A stretch of DNA of 64,000 bases from Octopus sinensis (lineage: Eukaryota), in assembly GCF_006345805.1 (NCBI RefSeq), contig NC_042999.1, positions 100,688,001 through 100,752,000 on the forward strand, in the 5' to 3' direction. Both the position numbers and the translations under genes were made by a program. Below are positions 52,565 through 63,978 of this stretch, piece by piece; within the stretch, counting starts at the first letter, position 1; every line of letters begins with the position of its first letter. Under the pieces are notes generated by a model that had not been told where the DNA came from, did no database searches, and was given only the letters and a program-made list of their open reading frames with translations.

Positions 52565-52953
52565 AGATAAAACTGATGACTGATAAACATCAATTATTAT
52601 TTCTTGATTATAAAAAGACAATATCTCATCTTACACCTGTTTCTGTTAATGCTATTTTGAGCATAATCAGGCTTAATTATTACAATAACAATAATTATCA
52701 TTGTAAATAATTATGCCAACTTAAATAGTGCAACTTCATCAGAGCACACGTACTTATTGAAGCTATTTTTCTGCTCTGATGAAGTTGCACTATTTAAGTT
52801 GATATAATTATTTACAATGATAATTATTGTGACTGTAATAATTAAGCCTGATTATGCCCAAAATAGCATGAACAGAAACAGCTGTAAGATGAGATATTGT
52901 CTTTTTATAATCAAGAAATAATAATTGATGTTTATCAGTTATCAGTTTTATCT
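52565..52953. repeat. Palindrome: 182-bp inverted arms (52565-52746, 52772-52953) with a 25-bp spacer
   Basis: Arms aligned by eye, 8 mismatches (~96%); each arm carries a hammerhead-like motif pointing outwards. Confidence 0.95.
52772..52890 (+). ncRNA. Hammerhead-like motif with a ~92-nt helix-II insert (mirror copy on the minus strand at 52628-52746)
   Basis: CTGATGA at 52776-52782; GTT..CTATTT/AAATAG..AAC closes the insert; GAA-ACAGCTGT-A at 52875-52886. Helix I is weak (2 bp, then mismatches) and there is an extra A before GAAA. Confidence 0.5.
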
Positions 52954-54567
52954 GAGCTCCCTGAAATTTGCCCAGACTATTCTTATTCTAGCAGCTACAT
53001 TTTCAGAGCATCCACCCTTGCTACTGACTTGGTCATCTAGGTAATGGAAGCTATCAACTACTTGTAGTTTTTCTCCCTGGAATGTAACAGAAGCTGTTCT
53101 CTGCACATTTTCAGTGTTTATAGCACCCAAGCATTTGCCACATACAATAACTATCTTCCCAGTTAGCCTTCCTGTGATATTGCTGCACCTCTTATGTGTC
53201 ATATCTTACACTGGGTATATCTTATGGAGTTTCTACCTATGCTTTTTCTACAAATCAAGCAGGGCCATCTACCTGAAGGGATTTGTGATTTGTCTGCCTT
53301 CCTACTTATTAAGACTTTGGTTTTAGCTAAGCTGACTCTAAGGCCCTTCGATTCTAGACCTTGCTTCCACACCTGAAACTTTTCCTCTAGTTCTGATAGT
53401 GACTCAGCAATTAGAGCAAGGACATCAGCATAGAGGAGCTCCCAGGGGCATCCTGTCTTGAATTCCTCTGTTATTGCTTGGAGGACTATGATGAATAAGA
53501 GGGGGCTGAGGACTGATCCTTGGTGGACCCTTATCCTTATCCGGAATTCTGCACTGTACTTGTTGCCAACCCTCACCTTACTGACAGCATCCCTGCACAT
53601 GGCTTGCACAACTCTCACTAACCATTCATGTATCCCTAGTTTCCTCATTGACCACCAGATAAGGGATCGGAGGACCCCGTCAAAAGCTTTCTCCATGTCA
53701 ATGACAGCCAGGTACAGAGGTTTATCTTTAGCTAGGTATTTCTCCTGCAGCTATCTTACCAGAAATATAGCATCAGCAATGCTTTTCTCTGGCATGAACC
53801 CAAACTGCATCTCATCAAACTGACTCTCTCCCTATTTAGTTGGGCTATGGGCCTCTCCGTGACCTTCATTACCTGATCCAACTACTTGATACCTCTGTAA
53901 TTATTTGTATCTAAAGTGTCACCTTTAAAAAAAAAAAAGACTCCGCCGGTTACGACGACGAGGGTCCCAGCTGATAAGATCAACGGAACAGCTTGCTCGT
54001 GAAATTAATGTGCAAATGGCTGAGCATTCCACAGACACGTGTACCCTTAACGTAGTTCTCGGGGATAATCAGCGTGACACAGAGAGTGACAAGGCTGACC
54101 CTTTGAAATACAAGTACAACTCATTTTTGCCAGCTGAGTGGACTGGAGCAACGTGAAATAAAGTGTCTTGCTCAAGGACACAACGCGTCGCCGGAATCGA
54201 ACTCACAACCTTACGATCATGAGCCAAATGCCCTAACCACTAAGCCACGCGCCGGTGCTGCTACACCAGGTATTGAGTATGACTCCTTCATGTATCACTT
54301 GGTTAACTATATGGGTGACTAGGCTATAGCCAACACTGCCAGATATTTTGAGCATTTCTGCAGTGATTCCTGATTCCCTGTCTTCATACCCTTGAATGCT
54401 TTATCTATCAAGGTACTGTCAATTCAGGTAGCTGGTCTCTCTGTTGGGTTGGCATTCAGCAGTATCTCTTTCTCCCATTCATTCTCTTTATTTAACAACC
54501 TTTCATAGTGGCATCTCCAAACCTCTCTCTTTGCAACCTCGTTTAATGCAAGTGTACCATCATCCAT
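52954..54567 (-). mobile_element. RTE LINE RT fragment, interrupted by a SINE at 53940-54253
   Basis: ORF 53199-53696: EKAFD.V.RSLIWWSMRKLGI.EWLVR.VQAM, VHQGSVLSPLLFIIVLQAI, WELLYAD.LALIAE, C..CRK.IG.NSI; flanking pieces KLQVVDSFHYL and GTLALNE...EVWRCHYERLLN. Confidence 0.92.
53940..54253 (-). mobile_element. tRNA-derived SINE type C, full length and young-looking
   Basis: Reverse complement GGCGCGTGGCTTAGTGGTTAGGGCATTTGGCTCATGATCGTAAGGTTGTGAGTTCGATTCCGG...TCGTCGTAACCGGCGGAG plus a T-run (A-run on plus). Confidence 0.9.
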
Positions 54568-55860
54568 GTTAAATTTCTTCTACACGCTAAGGCCTAAGTT
54601 TTTACATTTAAAATCCAGTTTAAAAATGTTCTTCGATAAGATAAGTAACGTATTTATATAACAATATTATTGAATTTCTGAATTGAATTTTGTTTGATTA
54701 TTATTGTAAAAATATTAATTTCTATATTGTTATTTGATAATTAGTAGTTACGATATGTATATTTATTTACTTATTATTATTATTTTTTTAAAATTATTAT
54801 CTTGTGAATTAACGCATTAAATATAATTTACATTGTGAAATAGTTTTGTAAGACAAAATCTAATGTAATAGGTAGGAATTGTATTTGTTATGTAGTATTG
54901 CATTTAAGTAAATACTTTTAATATTAATTGATACTTTGGTTAATTCTATAAGTGTGTGTAATATTAAATCTATTTATAAATCAATTATATAATAAGTTTA
55001 ACTAACTTGTGTGTATATATTTGAACCATTTTTCTATTTTAATTCTTATAGTCATAGTTTGTAGCAGTATTATGTATATAAGTTAGCATTAAGTTTTTTA
55101 GTATATACTACTTAATTAGAATAAGATTTAATTTAGATGTTTATTAAATAAAGGAATAAATAAATAATTTAATGTATATAGATTAAATTATAGTATTTTA
55201 GCTTCACTTAATGTATATTATGTATTATATATATATATATATATATATTTTGTTTTAAATATTTTGTTTTAATTACTTGTATTTGAATTTTCTAGCAATG
55301 ATATATTATAATTTGTTATTTTTCTCTTCTCATCATCATCATCTTCTATAAGCTAAAATTTATTTTCATGGGTAAAATAAATATTTATATCTATTTATTT
55401 TAGTTTTATTTATACCCCATGTTTAACGAGATAAATTTTATAAACAATAAGTCATATGTATTAAGTTTAAAGATTTAGTTAACAGAATACATTTAAGATA
55501 TTTCGTGTTTTTATTTTAACATATATTATTGAATTTTGTTTGATTTTTATTGAAAAATTACGTATTTTTATATATATTTATATTTTCTTACAAGATAATA
55601 TACATATATTTATTTATTTAATTATTTTATTGTTTTATCTGGGACCTGATGAGTGACTATATTTAAATTGAATTGATTTAACTGTTATTAGTTTGAAAAT
55701 ATAGCTATGAAACACGTGTAGTTTTTTTTCTAATTATATAATATTTATTATTTTGTACTTTACTTAATTATAGGTATATGTTTTATCGCTTATTTAATTT
55801 TTTTCTATATATTTTGATTTAATTATGTAATTGTTGAATTGCTACATGGTGGTTCTTCTC
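54568..55860 (+). mobile_element. ~1.3-kb extremely AT-rich non-coding element ending in a hammerhead and (TA)n (putative Penelope-derived)
   Basis: Sharp composition change at the RTE boundary; internal repeat ATATTATTGAATTT..GTTTGATT.TTATTG (~54663-54707 and ~55522-55552); HHR at 55641-55725. Confidence 0.55.
55641..55725 (+). ncRNA. Hammerhead ribozyme motif with a 56-nt extended helix II
   Basis: GGGAC-CTGATGA-GTGA-CTATATTT...AAATATAG-CTAT-GAA-ACACGTGT-A-GTTTT: full core, 8-nt palindromic helix III, helix I of 2 WC plus 3 G.U pairs. Confidence 0.75.
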
Positions 55861-55886
55861 TAATTTATATACACATATTATATATA

Positions 55887-55935
<49 letters not shown>

Positions 55936-55981
55936 TATGCATAAATCTATTTATCTATCTGTCTATCTATCTATCTATCTA

Positions 55982-56039
<58 letters not shown>

Positions 56040-56504
56040 ATGCATACATGCTCACATACACACACACAAAGGCTTGTCAGATAAATTTGTTTTTACTATT
56101 TATTTAAAACCTTACTTTTCATCAACAGTTTTAACAAATTAGTTAATGTTACATTCTCCTTCATAGGAACATAACTCATAAAAATCTTACCATTTTTCCA
56201 GTGATAATTTAAATTATTTACTTTTATTTCCTGTCACTTATTATCATATCTATGATGCATTACTATATATGCTTGTGAGAAAAATTACATTATTACATTT
56301 TCTGGCCAAAATATGTCCTTTAAATTAATTAAACTGAATCTGTCATATAAACCTTTTATAAACTTATTTTATTGATCCTGAAAAAATGAACGACAAACTT
56401 GATCTTGGTGAAATTTGAACTCAAAACATAAATCCGGAAGAGTTACTGCTTTGGTCCCTTGCCTTCAAAATTTCAGGCCTTCTGCCTAAAGAAAGGATTA
56501 TTAA

Positions 56505-56660
56505 GGTGGCAAGCTGGCAAAATGGTTAGCACGTCAGACAAAATGCTTAAGCAGTATCTCTTCCAGCTTTATGTTTTGAGTTCAAGTTCCACCGAGATCG
56601 AGTTTGTCTTTCATCCTTTCAGGATTGATGAAATAAGTACCAGTTGCATACTGGGGTTGA
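56505..56660 (+). mobile_element. tRNA-derived SINE type D, partial
   Basis: GGTGGCAAGCTGGCAAAATGGTTAGCACG...GAGTTCAAGTTCCACCGAG...AAGTACCAGTTGCATACTGGGG. Confidence 0.75.
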
Positions 56661-58843
56661 CATAATTGTAAAGCCCAATTCCATCACTAAATATTCTGGA
56701 GTGTGACTCAGAAGGTAGGTATACTATTGTATTAATATAAAGGTGAGTGTACACACAAGTGTTGTTTCTAACTGCATGGTTCCTTTGGGTAGACTTGAAG
56801 CTGAAGATTTTTAAAGTTGGAGGAAGAGTAAGTTAGAACATGAATAATATCAATTATAGAAACAACAACTTGAATAAAAACCAAGTTGTGGACTCCAATC
56901 GACTACCATTTGCACCAACTGGGGAAGCCTCTGTGTTGCTCTTGTTCTGTTAGAAAAAACATCAAAGTTTTCAATCATTATCACATCCACATTCTTAAAA
57001 TACTGTTGGACACATTAGATAATATGGTTGTAGAAACACTGGATCTGAATCTCCTCTGCCCTCACCCCTCAAATGGTTTGTCATGGTTGGAAGGTTGTTT
57101 GATTAAAGATCTGTTCAAAAGAGCTGAGCCCTTAAACAACAATAACAACAGCAATTCACATTATATATGTATGTCACCAGTACAAACGTAACTTCTGATG
57201 ATTTCAGAAAAGAATTAACTGGAATGAATGACTTCTGCTCCGTCATCATCCTACAGACATTACTCTCATGCAGAATAAAGATAAACCTCATGGGAAAATA
57301 TTTCCTTGCTAGGAAACAAATGAATGTTAGTGATAGGAAGGGCATTCAACCATAGAAAAATCTGCCTCATCAAGCTTTGCCTGACCCATGCAAGTATGGA
57401 AAAGTAGATGCTAAAACAATAATGATGATGATGATGACGACGATGATGGTGATGGTGGTGATGCAAGATTGTATTAACATGTATGTATATAGACTCAACA
57501 CTTACATTCACACAGACTCACATACGAATATCATGAACGCAAAAATTATATGGAAATCAATGAATTTATAAAACATTTAAGTCTACATTTCTATTAAATG
57601 TTGTCAATAGGTTGAGAAGAAAATGTGTATAGAATCGAAGTCAACTATTTCATCAGTAATTTCAGTGAGTATGTTGTTCTTGTGGTAAACTGAAATTTTG
57701 ATGTAATGTTGTAATACCTAACTCTCTCTCACTCATTGTATTATACTCCCACTCTGCAATCTCTCTTTCTTTTCCTCATTTGTTCTTTTCATTGCTTCTA
57801 CTATATTTTTCTTTTTTTTTCTTTCATCCCACTCTTTTTTGTGTTGTTTTTTCTTTATTTCCTTTATTTTATACCTCCTGCTTTGCACCATTTATTCTTT
57901 CATATAAAACTTCAGTTTGTAACTAGTTTTATTTTTCAGTGTCAAATGATACGTTTGTAATTGCATTGTCTGTTAGTGGAACTGAAATGGAATTGAAAAA
58001 ATTCAGTTTTGTCAAAAACAAACAAAAATATATATATAAATAAAAATACATAGACTAAATAATAAAGAAATATAAAAAATAAGCTGGAACATTTTTGTAT
58101 TGTATTTTTTTGGTTAAATCCATTGCAAATTGGTGAATTAAGTAACACTTTCTACCACTAACCTTTAATAAGCTCCAATCTTAGAAGTTAAGAACATACA
58201 GTCACTTTCAAAATTACTATGTGCAGTCAAACGAAAAGGCTGATTTTTATTCTTCAGTATTGTAAGTAGTATGAGTCAATAGCAGATACTGAATCTATCA
58301 AAATAAGAAAAAAGGAAGAAACAAACAAACAAACAAGCAAACAAACAAAGAGAGGAAAAAGAAAGTAGGAAGGAAGAAAGGAACACGTATAGAAATGTAT
58401 TGAACACAATTATTCAAATGAACAACTAGATTCTTCTTTAATGTACTTTTGGTAACTTGTAACCTAACACATAGTCGCATACTGTTTCTTTCTGTTACAT
58501 AATAGAGAAGTTGTTGAAGATGCAATGGTCGAATAGATAAGATGCCAGCTTCCAAAGATAATGTGTCAAGAGTTTGTGCGTTTACATTGGTGCCACATAG
58601 TGTGACTGAGAACAGTATTTAGTTCAAGCTATTTAGGTGAGCCTCATAGTAGTGGGGTAACTGCACTATGCATTTTCATTTCATTACTGAAAGAATTGAT
58701 GTATAGAAACTAAAGGATAATCAATTGATTTAATGACCAACAATGGGTAGCAAACAATGAAATTCTTACATTCTTTTGATTTCCTGTAATTCAGACCAAT
58801 TCATGGTCCCAGTAGACAAAATGGAAAAGATGTTGCTTGAGAG

Positions 58844-59332
58844 GAATCAACTTACTGCTCTAAGTGGAGGCAGCATAGTAAAATTGACAAGTGGTTGTTG
58901 TTTAGCACCAGTTCAGTCCTGAATGAACAAACCTATGATAAAAAACATTCCAGACATGGCCATACCATCTTTTTCCTTACACTACATTGCTTGAGAGGAT
59001 GGCAAGGGAGATGCACTGGAACAGCCATGCTGACTTACAGATAGCCATGGTAATGGGTACATGGATAACTGAATAGATTGGCTCCCTGAACAACCAGCTA
59101 AAAGGAGGTTTGCAGTTCATGTTCTGTCAAAGCATTTAACTCCCAATGGACTCGTCCACCTAGCTATACAGAATAATTGCAGGGTAGAATCAACTTACTG
59201 CTCTAAGTGGAGGCAGCATAGTAAAATTGACAAGTGGTTGTTGTTTAGCACCAGTTCAGTCCTGAATGAACAAACCTATGATAAAAAACATTCCAGACAT
59301 GGCCATACCATCTTTTTCCTTACACTACATTG
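58844..59332. repeat. Identical 146-bp direct repeat (58844-58989 and 59187-59332) around a 197-bp intervening segment
   Basis: GAATCAACTTACTGCTCTAAG...CCTTACACTACATTG is identical in both copies by eye. Confidence 0.93.
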
Positions 59333-60186
59333 TTCAATGTGGTCTTTTTTTAATGATAAAATGATCAATGATATTTCAGCTCTCCTTTTCACTAGAACTG
59401 TTCAATGTATCGTTACTTCATTTTAAGTTAGTAGGGTGTGATCTGAGAGAAAAAAGGCTGCTATTTCTGGCAGGTTGAGCAACTACATAAAGGCTTTCTT
59501 GTTAACTTGACAAGTGGTTTGTTAATATATAATGCTAAGTCGACCTTCTGATTGAAGGAAGATTCTCTTTGCCAAAGATACATTACACAAAGTTGGTATC
59601 TACAATGGCATACCTTTAACCTAATGAGTTAAGAGATTCCTAACATAATTACTAATCACATATATAGTAAAGCTGAATTTGTTTGATAGCATAATTTAAA
59701 TGTTGTTGTTGTTGAGCCCTGATTCAGCAGATCTATGATCCAGGCGTTCCAACTATGACCTTCCTATCTTTTATTGAGATATATCTAAGACAACATTAAC
59801 TATTGTCTTTCCTTAGCATATGATTTAAAAAAAAAATTGGTATTGTATCTAGTAGATTGAACAACCATGTAGAGCCTCTCTCATTGGTTCATATAATCTA
59901 AATGTGTTAGATTATTTTTCTTCCACTTAAAGTAGATATTGTGTTCAAACATATTTATTTTAAAATTCATTATTGTTCTGGGAGTTTGAATCTTAGGGAC
60001 ATTTGCTTCTTAAAGGTTAATTCAGAGGAAGAAGAATATTATCCATGACCTTTGACCTTTGCAGTAACCTCTGAGAGTGGTAGGAGTAAATTATTCTTAG
60101 ACTGGAGACATAGCCCAAATGGTTTGTTGTCACCAATATGTGTGGAGGTGGTGGTGGTGAGTGCTATTTTACTTTTCGTTTATTTG

Positions 60187-60222
60187 GTTTAGCTTTCATT
60201 GTAGGGATAGACTCTTCAGAAC
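60187..60222 (-). ncRNA. Candidate minimal hammerhead with a decayed helix II
   Basis: Minus strand: GTT-CTGAAGA-GTCTATCCCTACAAT-GAA-AGCT-A-AAC; intact core and 3-bp helix I, but only ~2 bp of helix II. Confidence 0.42.
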
Positions 60223-60239
60223 TAACTTTGTAATGTAAG

Positions 60240-60420
60240 TTCAGTTCCTAGTTGTAGCAATTTCACTTAGTTTGTTTATACTTGGGGAAAGATATGAATG
60301 TCACAAATTTTATTTCTCAATTCCTTTAGCATCAACAGAGCTGATGTCCCATTGATGGATATCAATGAAGCAAAATATCAAGCAATTGACTGTATTTATT
60401 ACCATGGAATAATTATATAT
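60240..60420 (-). pseudogene. Faint C-terminal GIY-YIG-like relic upstream of the 60187 motif
   Basis: With frameshifts, YFAS..H..DIS...IEK*...IFPQ(G)IN resembles the HF.S.GH...D...E...I...T..P.G+N tail of Penelope endonucleases. Confidence 0.3.
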
Positions 60421-60939
60421 GTATACATCATTGCCGCTTCTTCTTCTTCTAAGATACTGCCTTTAGTTGGACAATTTGACAGGATTCAGTGGGTCAGAGG
60501 ACTTCCTCATGCTCCAGTGTCTGCTTTGGCATGGTTTCTCTGGCTGGATTTCCTTCCTAACACTAACCATTTTACAGAGTAGCTTACAAGACTAAGAATT
60601 CCCTTCGTTCTGTGGGGTTATATTTAAGAGAACTTTTCAAGTTTCTTCCCTTTTCTTTCTTTGTATAATTACTTTAAAATTCTTCAAAAGATTCAACTAA
60701 AGATGCTCATAAATTATTGGACTTTGCAAAGCAATTAAATACAGTTAATAGATTCTAATGGACACAGAGGATATGACCTGATTAGAATAGCTAATACTCA
60801 AATTAGCTGACCAACTGTGATGCTGAAATTGTGAATATTTCAGATTCTGCATCCTGTTGAAATGAAGAAAGAAAAAAAAAAAAAAGTAAGAATATTCTGT
60901 ACAATGGAGACTAATGAGAAGTGTAACAATTTTCTTCAA

Positions 60940-61162
60940 TCTATTGGCATTAAAATGAGCCATATCTGGCCAAAATATTCTACCTGTTTTATGTTCAAAC
61001 TGGCCAAATCTGGCCTCTCCCACCTAACCTACAATGTCATTCTAAAAGTAATGGATAACATCTTTGAAATCTCAAAAGTATGACGTAAGGCATGATTACT
61101 TCAAAACAATGTGAATAAATATGCATTAAATTTGACAGAGTAATCCAAGAGCAGAATGTTAA
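60940..61162. mobile_element. piggyBac-type MITE (same family as 31446-31629)
   Basis: Shared CCATATCTGGCC, TACAATGTCATT.TAAAA and ATT..ATTTGACAGAGTAATC blocks. Confidence 0.6.
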
Positions 61163-61439
61163 ATAATATTTGTTCAGAAGTTTGCTTCCCAACCACATGG
61201 TTCTGGATTTGGTCCCATTGTGTGGCACATTGCATAAGTATCTTCTACTGTTACCCGGGGCCAACCAAAGCCTTGTGGGTGGACTTGGTAGACAGAAACT
61301 ATCATTCATACACTATGAGTCAGTCCTGCCCACAAGAGCCAAAGCCGCATATGTGCAAAATGAAATCACGCATGAGTGACACATGTCATGACACAGCTGA
61401 CAAAGCTTACTTCATCAAATAGTTCCTCAGGAACATAAT

Positions 61440-62005
61440 TTACAGTGGCTATTCTCCATTTTTAGCCAAATGATTGTGCTTAAACATTAAAGTAAGTAAA
61501 CCACATAAGAAGGCCCATAATCCCAAGTCAGAAATATGCTTCTTAAACTGCCCTAATTTGATGACAGAACCATTGCAACTATACAACCTCCAATCTGCAG
61601 GGAGGGACTCAACAGGCTGATGGTGCACACCAGTTGATCCCCGAGGAAATTTCTGTCAAGGTATAACATCACAGGTAGCATCATGCGGTGCATACTATCC
61701 AATTGCCCCATCAATGACTTCAAAATGTGCTCAAGGGCCTATGTGGTAGTCTACAGTAAATATGGAGCATTCTATATTGGGTGTACAACCAGGAAATTGC
61801 ACGTTTGAATAAAAGAATGTATGTCTACAGACTCTTCAATCAAAAAACATCTAAAGAAGTGCCAGACCCAGAACTTCAAGGTATCTATCAGGGCTACTCA
61901 GTGCAACAGGGCTAATCTCAGAATCATGGAAGCCCTCCTTATCAGCAAACTGGGACCAGCCATAAACAACAGGAAAGAACTTCATGAAGCAGACTGGTTA
62001 CTATA
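61440..62005 (+). mobile_element. Penelope-like element 3' coding relic: linker plus GIY-YIG endonuclease
   Basis: LLKLP*FDD...C..SNCPINDFKMC.RAYVVVY...YIGCTTRKLHV*IKE....SSIKKHLKKC...F...LRIMEALLISKLGPAINNRKE: VVY/YIG, R.L..RI.EH, and EALLI...P.IN motifs. Confidence 0.85.
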
Positions 62006-62082
62006 GCAACACCATATCACCTTCCTCTCTCCTCCTTCCCAGACATCTGATCAATGACCTTTTCCATCTCTCACTTTCCCAA

Positions 62083-62122
62083 ATGTCCTGAAGAAGGAGT
62101 CATAGCTCTGAAGTATAGACAT
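62083..62122 (+). ncRNA. Minimal hammerhead in the 3' UTR/pLTR of the Penelope relic (one core substitution)
   Basis: ATGTC-CTGAAGA-A-GGAG/TCATAG/CTCT-GAAG-TA-TA-GACAT: perfect 5-bp helix I, 4-bp helix II; G in place of A15.1. Confidence 0.75.
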
Positions 62123-62269
62123 ATGAGGTAAAACTACAATTTTGTTTTGCTTTCTTTTCTTTTTGTAGTTTACTTTATATCTTCTTGCATTGTTCTCTCC
62201 TTACACAACGATTCTCTTTAAAGTGACATCATACAATGCTTCATCAAACTATTCCATTTTAATATGTGT

Positions 62270-62495
62270 GTGTGAGTGTGTGTCTTTGTGCTTGTGTTTG
62301 TCTCCCAGCATAACTTAATGACCGGCATTGGTTTGTTTACATTCCTGTAACTTAGCGGTGTGGTAAAAGTGACAAGTAGAAAAGTACCAGATTTAAAAAA
62401 AAGTGCTGTGCTCAATTAGTTTGACTAAAACCCTTCAAGGTTGTGCCCCAGCATGATCACAGCCCAGTGACTGAAATAAGTAAAAAATAAATTAA
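62270..62495 (+). mobile_element. tRNA-derived SINE type A, 3' half
   Basis: GTGTTTGTCTCCCAGC...TAACTTAGCGG...CCCAGCATGATCACAGCCCAGTGACTGAAATAAGTAAAA. Confidence 0.72.
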
Positions 62496-63943
62496 AAGAA
62501 TAGAATAAAAAGATTCTGAGAATTACTTAGAAAATAGATTTTATATGACAATACTGGGGTGAGAGAACCTTTCTATTTTGTGTCACTTCATAGTTGCTGT
62601 CCCTCAGTAAAGTAGGGTGCAGGGGTGATACTATAAAATAAACCTACTATATTTAATCATATCCATCTCTATGTTTGTGAGTTTACATCTTACCTTAGTT
62701 AACATTGCTTATCAATTCTTCAGGGATGTAAAAATAACAGTGTTTTCACTCTATTTGATTTAATCAATAATGTTTTACCTTCCCACCTCACCGCTACAGA
62801 ATTAGCCTCATGTTTTGTCCAAGGAAATCAATATGATAATTGTTAGAGTGTTTTGTTTTTAATGACTGGATTATTTTTTAATATTTGTTGTTTAACCTTT
62901 AGAACAATTTTAATGAAGACTTTTGTGAAAAAATGACATATTCTATTCCATATGCTTTCTCATTTTTATCAATATGTTTATCTTCATTTTTGATGTAGCT
63001 TAATATTTCCAAGAATACTGATGTAAAATCTTGAGAAAGTAAATCAAAACATATTTATATGATGAACATCATAGTTAATGTGACATATGAGATTTGATGT
63101 AATACAGCTCAGTTTCTTTCCAACCAGTATGAACAGAAAACGCAGAAAACATTCATAGTTTTTATCCTTGTCCATGTTATAAAGCTGTATCAAAATACTT
63201 TAAAAAAAACAACAACAAAAAAAAAACAAAGAAACAAATAAACAAACAAAAATACCATTATTTGATGCTTTTTCTCAAGAGTTGGCTATCTCATATAAAA
63301 GTTCATATAATTGTTCTGAAAAGCAAAATGAACTGGATAAAATGGTAATGTACCACTCATAGATTGTGAGTTCAAATCCACTGCAGGCATTTTTTTGTGT
63401 TTCTATGCAAGTCATTTTATTCTACATTGCTTCAGTTCATCTAGCTGTCAAAAATATGCACAAGATTTCCTGGGAAAATATCCATCTTGTAGAAAGATAT
63501 TGCTGATAATGAAAGGTCAAAGAAATTGTCTGTGTTTGTCATGCCAACATGAGAAATATCATTGTCCTAATCTGACATCACTGCTGCTGCTACAACCAAC
63601 ATTGTCATTGATATCATCATCTACAACTTGCATTTGCAATAGGTATAACAACAGATGTACTTTATTTTCTGTTCCATCAATAGTGTCCTAAGTTCGTTAA
63701 CAGGTCTTGACCTTGATTTTGGAAGGATTCTTAGCAGAGGGCTCATTTATTTGTTTAATGTCTGTTTTTCCATTCAAGCATGAGTTGGACGGGGACTTAA
63801 TAGAAATAGAATTTTAAAGCCAGATACTTTTCCGGTTGCCAACTTTTACCTGTTTACATGTAAGAGATTATTTTTATTCGAAAGATTTCAAAAATCTGTT
63901 TAACTACCGGTCATAATGTCAACAAGAAATGTAAACATCCTGT

Positions 63944-63978
<35 letters not shown>

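Noticed and set aside
54568-55860. Mitochondrial rRNA/tRNA-cluster NUMT
   Set aside because: I could not find conserved 12S/16S motifs or foldable tRNAs; TTTATACCCC only superficially resembles a tRNA-Met arm.
58298-58615. Possible host exon on the minus strand (VTLCGTNVNAQTLDTLSLEAGILSIRPLHLQQLLYY), with an AG upstream
   Set aside because: No recognisable domain and no neighbouring in-frame exons; it cannot be supported without RNA-seq or homology.
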